From: Octopus vulgaris
Lineage: Eukaryota
DNA: 64,000 nucleotides
NCBI GenBank assembly: GCA_951406725.2
Contig: OX597828.1
Location: 27,900,001-27,964,000 of the forward strand
Direction: 5' to 3'
Positions 11,921-24,384 of the stretch are shown here, in pieces (position 1 is the first letter of the stretch; each line of letters starts with the position of its first letter). The translations under genes were made by a program, and so were the position numbers. Below the pieces are notes generated by a model. The model saw only the letters and a program-made list of their open reading frames with translations, did no database searches and was not told the DNA's origin.

Positions 11921-12780
11921 ACCAAGCTTTCACCTATTTCTTGAATAAACGGTTGTAAAAAGTAATGACAAGGGGTTTGTATAAAAACCATTGTAATCAA
12001 CAATTAAGAATTTCCACTCAACTTTCCGCTTAAGTAAGAACAAGAACTTTCCCATCATATGAACTGTTAACGAAAGCAGTGTCACAGCAATCTTATCACA
12101 TTGTCTTTCTTTGATCCAGGTGTATTACGCATTGTAACACTGAACCCTTTTCCTCCCTTTTTCTAATCTGTACATCTAGGCATATGGTATCACTTTACAA
12201 GCCATTTAAGGTTTCCTACATAAAACATTTTTATGAGGTGAAGACTTTTAGTTTGTTTGAAAAGAAAAGGATATTAATTTGAAAGAAAAGGCAAATTCGT
12301 TTCCTCGGATTTGACATTTTAAGTTTGCTTTCTTTACACCCTTGATGATTAAAATGAATAAATGAAAATAACGAAAAAAAAAAAAAATAGTATAGAAATA
12401 TTCATCACTCTTATGAATCTGGTCTTAAAAATTTTAGGTCTGAAGAAGAAATTTAAATTTCGATTTGGTGACCTTTACTATTAAATGAAACAGAACACCA
12501 AGAAGCAGATGGACAAAGGCTAGAAAGAGATTCAATACTATCAATTAAGAACCAAATTTTAATTTCTTCATCGATGTTGTAACATTCTATCCTTTTATCA
12601 TTATTGTTTTTCTTTGTTTTTATTTTATATTATCACACTTCTCTCAAAGACAATAATTATTACTTGCCACTGACTGAAAAATCCATTGATATGTAGAATT
12701 CGATGGAAATTCAAACAATGGATTTAGAAGAATTTGAATTTTTGTTTATAACTGAAATATTTCTAATACCCGAGGTTTTA

Positions 12781-12828
<48 letters not shown>

Positions 12829-13131
12829 GTCGTTATTATTTGTTTGTTTGTATTCATTGTTTTTATTCTTTTGCTTTTCACTAAAACCCTAACATAGAAT
12901 TATTTTGCGAACAATAAACTTTGGCTAGTTGGTTAATTTGAATGAGATTGGTAGTGGCTGGCTCTGAGAGACAACACTGAGAACTTTAGTTTTGGTTCAA
13001 ATGATAAAGAAGATTTTCAACTGATAATAACCCACCACTGCAGTATCTGCAGACAGCATCACACTGACCGACTGACCGCTATAGACAAAAGGGTATCTGC
13101 TGAAGGGTAGGCTGGAAGAGAAGTAGCTTTT

Positions 13132-13145
13132 ATTACCATGGCAAC
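13132..13145 (-). promoter_or_regulatory. RFX X-box-like motif in a repeat-poor island
   Basis: Minus strand GTTGCCATGGTAAT, a 13/14 match to GTTGCCATGGYAAC. Confidence 0.35.
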
Positions 13146-14115
13146 AGACAACTTGCTTTGCATACCCAGAGATAGTTGGCCAACCCACCAACTCTGCCAG
13201 CCATCCAGCTAACCTACAGCCGCCCAACCCACCAACCAGCCATGCAGTCCACTAGTTACAATAAAGTAATCATTTGTATAGATTTGGAAAGTGAACTCAT
13301 GGCCTTCCATGTGCATTTATGTTTGTTTGTTGATTTCTCTCTCTATTGTAGACTTTAGCGAGAGAATTTCTGTTTTCATAAATTTGTATAAATGTGTATT
13401 TTATTTGAATGTGTCTCCCCAAAGCAGGCCTCGTGTTTTTAGACATATATTAATATTTGCGTAGTTGTATTTATTTATGTTTGTTTGTGGATGTGTATAC
13501 GTCTTAATATCGTTTTATTCCCTTTGCAGATATATACGTGTGTGTGTGTGTGTGTGTTTGAGTACGTAGTTAAATTATATATATGGATGCATTTATGTAT
13601 AAATAGTTAGTGATAGTAAAAGTAGTGCTGAAAGTAGTGAATGTCTGCAAGAAAGAGTGAAGGAGTGGTGGAGGAGGAGGCGGCGGAGGTGGAGGAGGAG
13701 GAAGAGGAGGCGAAGAAGGAGAAAGTGAAAGTAGCCATGAGTCGGGTCATAAAGAAAGTAAAGAACAAAATTAGCTGCAGTGAATGTGAATGAATGTACA
13801 ACTAAACATTGATTAAATCCTTCTCTACTGTACACCCCTGGCCTCGTCTCACCCTAACTCCATACCCCCTTGCTATCTGTTTCAGCTTGATCCTCTTTTC
13901 TCCTTTCTCTCTGTCTGTCAGGAGAGAATTCTTGTTTATATAATTACTCATAGCTCAACTTCCTCTGTCCTCCTCTAAATAGCACGGCTCCACTTTGTTT
14001 CACTTCTCCTCTTGTTACTATACCAGTCTGCCTTCTTTAACTTTATATACCACAATGTTAGGACTGTTTCACTTCTTCCTCTTTCTCTTACTGTTTTTTC
14101 CTCTCCCTCTCTCCA

Positions 14116-14163
<48 letters not shown>

Positions 14164-14910
14164 TCATGTTATTACTCTGTTGGCTGGCTTGTCTTTCTCA
14201 AAATAATATTCTGCTAGAATTTATTTCAACTTTTCAGCCCATTACTGTTTAATATCTTTTATCTGGCTTGAACTACACTCAACCTTTCTGTATTTCTTTC
14301 CCATGCAATTTCTTTAATCCTTGCTACTCTTTCCTTCAAAATCAGGAAAGAGAGAGTGAAAGATAAAATAACCTTTTATTAAAGGAGAATGAAGAATTCA
14401 AAGCAATGAAATTAAGTGGTGGAGAACTAAACTCGGTGCTATAGTGCAGGAAGTAAAAATTGTTGTTTATGTCTCACCATTTATCTCTTTTGTTATTACG
14501 TCGCAATCCTTCTTTCTTGCAAAGCAATAAATTATAATAACTCCCACATACTTTCTGCCAATCATCGTCAACCCCTTTTAGAAATTATCTATGTCGTGTC
14601 TCTCTCAATTGCTTGTAACAATCTGATCATATGTCTAAAGTCTCATATTTTGTTATCAGCTTCAGTAGGTTTTTTTTTTGTTTTGTTTTTTTTTGGTTCT
14701 TTTTTTGTTGTTTTTATTGTTGAGCCTTGAAACACATAAGGGTGGTCACCCAGTTTCTGTGGTGTATAAATGACTGAGATTATTACAACAACCCCACCCC
14801 TCAAACTGGATGCCAAATTCATTGCAGGGTTCAAGGTCAGTAACGTTTTTGAGGGGAGGGGGCAAGTTGATTATGTTGATCCCCCAATACTTGACTGGTA
14901 TTTTATTTTA

Positions 14911-15144
14911 AAAGGTGGCGAGCTGGCAGAAACGTTAGTATGCCGGGTAAAATACTTAGTGATATTTCGTCTGCCGTTATGTTCTGAGTTCAAATTCCGC
15001 TGAGGTTGACTTTGCCTTTCATCCTTTCGGGGTCAATTAAATAAGTACCAGTTACACACTGGGATCGATATAATCAACTTAATCCTTTTGTCTGTCCTTG
15101 TTTGTCCTCTCTGTGTTTAGCTCCTTGTGGGTAGTAAAGAAATA
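14911..15144 (+). mobile_element. SINE family M, full length, 14-bp TSD, inserted antisense into an older relative (~14810-15242, minus)
   Basis: TSD ggtattttatttta at 14897-14910 and 15145-15158. The central gttgactttgcctttcatcctttcggggtc..aataagtaccag resembles the Meta/MESC SINE domain (from memory, not verified). Confidence 0.88.
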
Positions 15145-15291
15145 GGTATTTTATTTTATCAACCCCAAAACATTTGAACTCAGAGTGTAAAGAGCTGGAA
15201 GGAATGCTATTATGCAGTTTGTTTCTGTTAGCTCACCGCCTTTTCAATAGTGCGCATGTATATACATACATACAAACATACATACATATAT

Positions 15292-15326
<35 letters not shown>

Positions 15327-16074
15327 CATACATACATATATATATACATACATATATATATATACGCACACACACATATATATATATAATCTTGTTGTCA
15401 TCATTGTTTAACGTCTACTTTCTGTGTTGGCTTTGGCATGGAGATGGTTAGCAGGAAGCTGTCCAGACTCCAAACTATCTTTTTGTGGCATGGTTCCTAT
15501 GGTTGGATGTCCTCTCTAATGCCAACCACTTAACAGAGTGTTCTGGGTTTCTCTTTATGTGCCACTAGCAAAAGTGCATTAATGCAGTACTAGCACAGGT
15601 GTTTTTTAAGTGGCACTGGCACCTGAAAGGACAAGCCTGATGTGTTTTGTCAAGCAGAACAAATCCCTTGCTCCCTTGTACGTCTGTATGTGTGCGTGTG
15701 TATACAAACATGCATGCACATTTGTACATGTTCATATTCTGCCCATTTTATATTTTTCTGTTCTCTTCATTTGGTTTCTACTTTCATTTTCACTTGCATT
15801 TGTTTACAAACTCACTCGCAATGTCTTCTTATTTTGGCAAATCAAACCAGTGCAAAACTTTTTAATTATTCTTAGCTTTGATTTGCAGTTAAAGAAAAGT
15901 TTCAAAATAATTTACAGAATCTCTAACTAAAAATAGTATACAAATAAATCCAATGATCCCATTTTTGGTGATTTCATCATGCTAAAGGTGGTGCTTCAGC
16001 ATGGCCGCAGTCAAATGACTGAAACAAGTAAAAGAATGGTAAGAGGTGGTGAGCTGACAGAGTTGAAGCTTTTT

Positions 16075-16280
16075 TACTACAGGCACAAGATCTGAAATTT
16101 TGGGGAAGTGGACTAGTCAATTACATAAACTCCAGTACATGACTGGTACTTATTTCATCGCCCCTGAAAGAATAACAGGCAAAGTTGGCCTCGGTAGTAT
16201 TTGAACCTAGAACATAAAATGGATGAAATGCTGTTCAGCATTTTGCCTGGCATGCTTCGACTCTGTCAGCTCACCACCTC
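16075..16280 (-). mobile_element. SINE family M-related, older copy
   Basis: actggtacttatttcatcgcccctgaaag..ggcaaagttggcctcgg..tttgaacctagaac..tcagctcaccacct. Confidence 0.75.
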
Positions 16281-16289
16281 TTACCATTT

Positions 16290-16625
16290 TTTTTACTTGT
16301 TTCAGTCATTTGACTGCGGCCATGCTGAAGCACCACCTTTAGTCGAGTAAATCGACCCCAGAACTTATTCTTTGTAAGCCTAGTACTTATTCTATCAGTC
16401 TCTTTTGCTGAACCGCTAAGTTACGGGGACGTAAACACACCACCGTTGTTTGTCAAGTAATGGTTGACCCTCACAAACATATACACACATACATATATAT
16501 GATGGGCTTCTTCCAGTTTCCGTCTACCAAATCCACTCACAAGGCTTTGGTCAGCCCGAGGCTATAGTAGAATGAACCCGGAACCATGTGGTTGGTAAAC
16601 AAGCTACTTACCACACAGCCACTCC
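16290..16625 (-). mobile_element. SINE family A with short internal deletions
   Basis: Both tail and head are present. Confidence 0.88.
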
Positions 16626-16659
16626 ATTGCTAATAATGAATTTATTATCAGACTTTACA

Positions 16660-16870
16660 ACATGGTTGAATTGTTAGCATGGCCGGCAAAATACTTAGTG
16701 GCATTTCAGTCGTCTTTATGTTCTGAGTTCAAATTCTGCCATGGTTGACTTTGCCTTTCATCCTTTCGGGACCGATGAAATAAGTACCAGTTGAGTACTG
16801 GGGTCAATGTAATTGACTTAACCCCCCCAAACTTGCTGGCTTTGTGCCTGAATTTGAAACCATTATTAAA
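16660..16870 (+). mobile_element. SINE family M-related
   Basis: ttctgagttcaaattctgcc..gttgactttgcctttcatcctttcgggaccgatgaaataagtaccag. Confidence 0.8.
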
Positions 16871-16971
16871 CTTTAACTCCATCTTTGTTTCTCTGAATTG
16901 GTTATATCAGTGGTTTGCTAAACTTTGAGCCTTGATGTGTCAGAATTTTAATTCTTTTAATAATTGATAGA

Positions 16972-17390
16972 TACAGGTGAGGCTGTATGGTAAGAAGCTT
17001 GCTTCTCAACCATATAGCTCTGGGGTCATTCCCATTGCTTGGCACCTTGGGCTCCAGGCTGACCAAAACCTTGTGAGTAAATCTGGTAGATAAAAGCTAT
17101 ATGGAAGCCTGTTTATATGCATGCGTGTGTGTGTGTGAGTGTCTCATTGTCTTGATATTTCATGATAGTTGTAAATGAGTGTCACTTTTATACAAGCGGT
17201 ATCATTCATTTCCAGTATTCTGCAAAAACATGTCTGGCCATGGGGAAATATTACCTTGCTTGGAAAGAGGTGAGGGTTAGTGACAAGAAGGGCATCCAAC
17301 CACAGGAAATCGGTCTAAATCTGCCCCGACAAACTCTGTCCATCCCATGACAACATTGAAAAGTGAACATTAAAAACTATTATTATTATT
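16972..17390 (+). mobile_element. SINE family D (family A head, different body, family C-type tail)
   Basis: Head as in A; after the (TG)n tract, aaaacatgtctggccatggggaaatattaccttgcttggaa..gaagggcatcc..cccatg..gaaaagtgaacattaaa. Confidence 0.8.
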
Positions 17391-17391
17391 A

Positions 17392-17625
17392 TTGGCAAGC
17401 TGGCAGAATCATTAGCATGCTGGGCGAAATGCTTAGTGGTATTTCCTCTGCCGCTAAGTTCTGAGTTCAAATTCCGCCGAGGTCAACTTTGCCTTTCATC
17501 TTTTCGGGGTCGGTCGATTAAATAAGTACCAGTTACGCACTGGGGTCAATGTAATCGACTTATTCCGTTTGTCTGTCCTTGTTTGTCCCCTCTGTGTTTA
17601 GCCCCGTGTGGGTAGTAAAGAAATT
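17392..17625 (+). mobile_element. SINE family M followed by (ATT)n
   Basis: Matches the 14911 and 60795 copies along its length. Confidence 0.88.
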
Positions 17626-17627
17626 GC

Positions 17628-17700
<73 letters not shown>

Positions 17701-17939
17701 GTGTCATTCACATGTAATGATGTACTTCAGTTTGAGGTAACAGCCTACAAAAGTTTTTTTTTAGGATATTGCAGAGAGATAGATATTTGTTTCACAGTTT
17801 ATATTGCATGTTACCTGAAAACCCATGACATGTCTCTCCTCTCACCAGCATAGTTTTGCCACCACTGTGTTATGTTGACAATCATCTCACAATAAACTTC
17901 TAGTTGTCATTATGCACTGATACAGAGAGATAACAAAAG

Positions 17940-18790
17940 GAAGCTAATAGAAATGCAGACACTTGAACAAGTAACAGAACTGCAAGTGTTTAGATCAAAT
18001 AACAAATCTGGAAGGTTTCTGTTTTGAAGAATTTGCTCAAGGAATAAATAAGACTGAAACAACATTTATCAAGGTGTCGAAATCAGACTATCAGATGTTG
18101 TTATACATCACTGGTCACAGTGCGTTTCACATTGTTTTAGCTTTTGAATGATGCTACTGTGCCAACTATGTAAGTAGGCCAATATTTTGCCAGATCAGAA
18201 ACCTTTTCTGCTGCAGGGTTACTCATTTGCCACTAAGTGGAGTGGAGCAATGTGAAATGAAATGTCTTGCTCAAGAACACAATGTGTTGCCCAGTCTGGG
18301 AATCCAACCCATGATTTGGCAATAGTGAATGCTGCTAGGCTATGTACCTTCAAAAAACAACATTTATAAAAGTGAAAGAAATCTTCAAAAAATGGCAGCA
18401 AGTGAACTACATCGTACCAGTTGTCATCTGTGGAGCATAAACTTGGACAGTATATGCAGCAATGTAGAAGACATGAGATGTTGACCTTTTGTAGATTTGG
18501 AAGGATAAGCTGGAAAGACTGGGTGGCCAATAGTGTAGTACTGGAAAAGCTGAAAGTTGAAAGACAAGCAAATTGTTGAGAATTAAATCCACAAGACTAT
18601 TATATTTTGGACACACAATGTTCCATGACTCACTGTGGAAGGCCATCCTGAAAGAAAGTGTGGAAGAAAATAAGAGGCCATCAAAAATGTTTGGAGATGG
18701 GAACTTGGTTGGTTGTTTGCATACAATACAACAGAAAGGAAACGGCAGAGCTTTGACCAGCTGACCCCCGGACACAGGAAAGATACATGG
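17940..18790 (+). mobile_element. Highly decayed RTE-clade LINE 3' fragment, interrupted by a SINE
   Basis: Remnants RISWKDWVANSVVLEKL and IKSTRLLYFGHTM..DSLWKAILKESVE..RP. Confidence 0.7.
18070..18354 (-). mobile_element. SINE family B inserted in the RTE relic, 13-bp TSD
   Basis: TSD aaacaacatttat at 18057-18069 and 18355-18367. Confidence 0.8.
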
Positions 18791-19127
18791 CTAATGAGGA
18801 TATTCAGACCAGTGTCCAGATCTTGGTTGTTTGCTGTCTTCAGGTGCCGGTCATATTTCAGTAATGTCCTTCAAATTTCAAAATGAATATTTAATTAAAT
18901 CCACAGGAGGGGAAATGGAGTTGGGGACAAAATATAAACTTCATTTACCAGTTCCATCCTCCTCTTTAATTTGTTTACTGCAGTTACCAGTATTCCTTCC
19001 TAACTCCTGTATTTGTTTTTAATTTATTTCCATATTTCATAAATTTATTTGATAATTCAAATTCATTCCTGGCTTTCACCCAGACAACTGAAGTTTGATT
19101 TCTGGCATGAGAACAAAGTCTAGTTTA

Positions 19128-19572
19128 GGCCTGGCTGTGTGGTTAAGAAGCTTCCTTTGCAACCATGTGGTTTCAAGTTCAGTCCCACTGTGCAGCACCT
19201 TGGGTAAGTGTCTTCTGCTATAGCCTCTGGCTGACCAAAGCCTTGTGAGTGGATTTGGTAGAGGGAAACTGAAATGAGCCTATTCTATACACACACATAT
19301 ATATATATATATACAAACACACACACATGTGTATAGTAATATACATATATGTATATGTGTGTGTGTCTTTGTGTTTGTCCCCCACTACTGCTTGACAACC
19401 AGTATTGGTTTGTTTATGTCTCTGTAACTTAACAGTTTGGCAAAAGAGACCAGCAGCATAAGGACTAGATTTAAGATAAGTACTGGGGTTGATTTGTTTG
19501 GCTGAACCCTTCAAGGCAGTGTCCAGAATGGCCTCAGACAAATATCCAAATCAAGTAATAAAAAAGATAAAA
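19128..19572 (+). mobile_element. SINE family A, diverged
   Basis: Head, internal microsatellite and tail all visible. Confidence 0.85.
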
Positions 19573-20059
19573 CTATACCAAAAATGGAACAAAGAAAAGT
19601 CAGACATGGTTGTACTTCAACTCCTGCAGGAATGGACAGTAACTCCAAATGAAAACTAATTCACACAACAACCGATGCCAACAGAGAAAGCAGAGGTGAA
19701 AAGATGAAGGTGATCACGTTGAGGGTGATGACCTTGACTCTATCTCTGTAAAATTTCTGTCTGTGCGTCTTACTCTACCTTCCATTTCAAACTTTTATTT
19801 ATTTATTTATTTATTGTGGCTTAGCAAGAAGTGAAAAAGAAGTTTGCAAGACATTTTTAGGACTTCTGAGGCTGGGGTAGAGATTGGGGTTGGGATAGAG
19901 AGGAAAAATATAACAAACAAACTCGTAGGTTACTGTAGAATGAAGCTGTTATATTCTTAAACCTGGGGCCATGTCTAGATGTCTTCAAAGGCACCTGAGT
20001 TGTTGTGATGTCACAGTGGTCAACATGGTAACTGCAAAGCAAATGTCATTTCAAAACAA

Positions 20060-20650
20060 CGCCTCCCTGGAGAGAAAGTAGGTAAGATATGCTGTGATAT
20101 CCGTCTGGGAGATCCTGGAAGGATTTGTCCTGAACTTTGGCATTGAAAGTTATACTAACATCAGAACAGGACACCATTGTATAGGGGCTAAACACAGAGG
20201 GGACAAACAAGGACAGACATAGGTATTAAAATACAGGACCAGTGTGTAACTGGTACTCCGGCGTGCTAACGTTTCTGCCAGCTCGCCGCCTTATCAGAAC
20301 AAGACACCATTGTATAGTGCTAGAGATCCCACCCTTGCCATTAAAATACAGGACCAGATACTGCAATAATATGGGATTTGAAGGCCAGTGGATCTTCAAT
20401 ATCTTCCAAAAGATTTGAGAGCCCTACATAGGGTGGATGAAGATGTCTTCAAAACAGAAATGGGCATTCTGCTGCCAATAATTTGAGATGAACCAGCTTC
20501 ATAGAAGGAAATGCAAATGAGAGTAGTAACATCAAACTTCCTTTCATGAAAATACCAACTAATAAAGGAAGAATTATGATAGTATAGCAACACCAAAGGT
20601 GGTGCTCCAGCATGGCAACAGTTTTTGAACTAAAAGAAGTGAAAGAGATA
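20060..20650 (+). mobile_element. CR1-group LINE 3' end (ORF2 C-terminus plus 3' UTR), interrupted at 20185-20317
   Basis: Removing the insert restores VWEILEGFVLNFGIESYTNIRTGHHCIVLEIPPLPLKYRTRYCNNMGFEGQWIFNIF. It is preceded by SLERK and followed, after a frameshift, by DLRALHRVDEDVFKTEM..DEP. Confidence 0.8.
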
Positions 20651-21287
20651 AGGGATAGACAGAAAGCTAATATAGTGGAATTAGAATGACCTTATTTTAG
20701 ATTTTAGTAAAACACTCTTGGTACCAATACAACCACTATCAGCAACAACAATACCACCAGCACCACAGTGAACTATTGTGTGTACAAAATTTTGGTGGGA
20801 AGAAAAGAAATTGCCTTTAAAAAAGAAATTAGACTTGAAAAATTCACAACAAACAAACAAACTAACAAAAATTAATATTTCCCTTTAAAAAAATAACTGG
20901 AAATATATTTAGCCACTTGAATGAATTTCATTTCAAAATAATATTCTGTTTTAAGTTTATAGATTTTTGCCGTAAGTGAATGGATTAAAGAAATGGAAAC
21001 TATATGATTGGGGGAAGATAGCAGGACTGTGTACTCATGGATTAAAACATCCGATATTTTATCTTTCTTATATCAGTTTTGATTATTGATTACTCATGTC
21101 TTCATACATTCAATTTATTTATTTTATTTTATTTTATTTTTGTTTTTATGTGTTTGTTTGTTTGTTTGTTTTTTTTCTTTCTTTCCCTGTAACTTCACAC
21201 TCTGAAAGAAAAAAACAAAAACTTACAAACACTTAGTTGGGTGCCAACCCTGAGTCAAAGCCTAATATAAGAATGTATGCCAATATT

Positions 21288-21335
21288 ATGTGTGTGTGTG
21301 TGTGTATGTGTGCACATGTATGTGTGGTGTTTGTA

Positions 21336-21375
<40 letters not shown>

Positions 21376-21404
21376 CATATATATGTATACAAACATATAT
21401 GTAT

Positions 21405-21466
<62 letters not shown>

Positions 21467-22151
21467 ATATATATGAATAATGTTTCTGCATTATTTCACA
21501 TATTGATATTGGACACAGATTATTTCAGATAATAAAACCTTTTTGCTGCTAAATGGGACTGAACCTGTATTCTTTGCTCCAAGAGATCAATAGCCTAATT
21601 GATAGGCTGCACTGATAAATATGCTAGCTGTGGGTGGATATGTAAGTTTTGATGAATATTTAGCATTTACCTGAGTGAAATTACATGATAACCATATGCA
21701 AGGGGGTGTGGAAGTGCGTTAAAAAAAACACGTTATGGGGAAACTTAAATTATTGACCCAACCTGAGCTTGGCACCCATTATAAGACGTTCAACGAGATA
21801 AAAAGAATTATTTTCATCACCTAAGTTGAATTAAATATCATCTATATCAGTGTGTGCTTGATTGAGCCCATATCTCTGTGCATGTGTGTGTGTGTATATA
21901 TGTATATATATAAAAGTATGTATGTGTATATATATATATATATATGTATAAATATATATATGTATTTGTATAAATATATGTATATGTATGTGTGTATATG
22001 TATATATATATGGATATATATATATATATATATATATATATGGATATGGATATATATATATCCATATTTATATACATATACACACACACATATACATATA
22101 TTTATACAAATACATATATATATACACATACATATAAATATATATATGTAT

Positions 22152-22219
<68 letters not shown>

Positions 22220-22280
22220 GTGTGTCTGTGTATGGATATTTGCATATATATGTATGGATTAATGCATGCATATGTGTATG

Positions 22281-22317
<37 letters not shown>

Positions 22318-22340
22318 TTTATATATACATAGACACATAC
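21288..22340. repeat. Two large (TA)n/(TG)n/(CA)n microsatellite blocks (21288-21475, 21880-22340)
   Basis: Directly visible. Confidence 0.95.
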
Positions 22341-22864
22341 ACAGGTATGCATTTGCTTAAAACTTTCATTCTCATGCATGTGTGGTTATAAACTGGAAAA
22401 ATGCTGGGTGAGGAAAGTGGAGAAGGGTCTCAAAGAAAAGGAGAGATTTGGTAAAATAAAAAAGAAAGAAATGTCAGTCTTATCTGATATTGAGTCTTTG
22501 CAAATATTTTATAAAGTTACACAAGTAATTTTCTAGAATCTAATGAAAGAGATTTCAAAATCTTCAATAAATTTTTGGAATATTCCTTCCTTTATTTTAG
22601 TAATTTTTTTAAAAATAAACCTTTTACTACTTTACTAATTCAAGTTAGTTTGTTTCTAGCATAAATGACAATAAATATAACATTGTATGTTTTAACTGAC
22701 CCCTAAAAAACTTCGAAGCTAAAAGACTGATTTATTTATTGGTTTCAAGTATCAGTATTTGTGTGTTTTCTTCAGTTTTCTTATACGGAAGATCTTGTAC
22801 TGAAATTGTACTTTATGTCAGCCTTAAGGTGTATGGCTTTGCTAATATATATATATATACTTAG

Positions 22865-23210
22865 ATATGTTTCAACCAAAGATTGGTCCAGGCCATGTCT
22901 AACTTAATAGCACCACCTGATAGGATTATCTAAATCCGTTTTAAGTCAAGTTTTGTGGTATCATAGTCCATTCAAGTAGTGAGTTCTTGTTGAGTGAATT
23001 GTATCCAGGTATGGGTGGCTTATCTGGTATTCCTTGAAGGAATTTGTCCAGATTCCGTTTAAAGATGATGGGATCCTTTTCCTCTTTGATCAGTTTTGGG
23101 ACAATGTTAAACAGGGCAGGGCCTGGTGAGGAAAAGAAATTGTGTTGCAGTGTACCTATATGTTGTGATCCTGAATTGGGTAGGGGTGTGGTAAGGCCCA
23201 TGGTCCCAGC
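22865..23210 (-). mobile_element. CR1-group LINE 3' end, second family
   Basis: ORF 22941-23201 TLQHNFFSSPGPALFNIVPKLIKEEKDPIIFKRNLDKFLQGIPDKPPIPGYNSLNKNSLLEW, plus a short 3' UTR. Confidence 0.85.
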
Positions 23211-23449
23211 CTTGGATAAACCTTGAAACTGTATATATATAGTGGAAACTCCTTAATATACTCATGGGTGATGTTATCAAATGTTCGTTGTTATGAAAAT
23301 TTGTAGGTCCCAAATATGTTCAGAATGTTCTATCCTCTGCTTAATTTTATCAACCAGTTATTGTTATCTAAAAGGTTCACTTCTAAAGTGATTACAATAG
23401 GCAGTGTCCACTGCGCATGCATATATGTGTGTGTATATATAGCTACCTG

Positions 23450-23500
<51 letters not shown>

Positions 23501-23501
<1 letters not shown>

Positions 23502-23945
23502 GGCGCAAGTGTGGGTGTGTGGTAAGAGGCTTGCTTCTCAATCACATAGTTCCAGGTTCAGTCCCACTGTGTGGCACCTTGGGCAAGTGTCTTCTACTAT
23601 AGCCTTGAGCCAACCAAAGCTTTGTGAGTGAATTTGGTAGATGGAAACTGAAAGAAGCCTGTCATATATATATATGTGACACATATATGACCGTTTCAAG
23701 CGGCTCCATTTAATTGAACAATGCAATCATTACATCAATTTGTGTGTGTGTTTGTGTTTGTTCTCCCACCATCGCTTGACAACCAATGTTGGTGTGTTTA
23801 CATCCTCTGTAACTTAGCGGTTTGGCAAAAGAGACTAATAGAATACGTACTATGCTTACAAAGAATAAGTCCTGGGGTTGATTTCTTCGACTAAAGGTGG
23901 TGTTCCAGCATGGCCACAGTCAAATGACTGAAACAAGTAAAGAAA
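23501..23945 (+). mobile_element. SINE family A, full length, after (CTAT)n
   Basis: aggcgcaagtgtgggtgtgtggtaag ... cagtcaaatgactgaaacaagtaa. Confidence 0.92.
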
Positions 23946-24094
23946 GAAAAAAAATAAAAGAATATAGAAACACACACACCTCATCATGATCACCATCATC
24001 GCTTACAGATATATATTTAGCATTTCAAACCCAAGCTGTTATATTTAATATGTTTATCCACATAATTGCCTACACACACACGTGTGTGTGTGTG

Positions 24095-24320
24095 TACTCT
24101 TTACTCTTTACTCTTTTACTTGTTTCAGTCATTTGACTGTGGCCATGCTGGAGCACCGCCTTTAATCGAGCAACTCGACCCCGGGACTTATTCTTTGTAA
24201 GCCCAGTACTTATTCTATCGGTCTCTTTTGCCAAACCACTATGTGACGGAGACATAAACACACCAGCATCGGTTGTCAAGTAATGCTAGGGAGACAAACA
24301 CAGACACACAAACATACACG

Positions 24321-24384
<64 letters not shown>

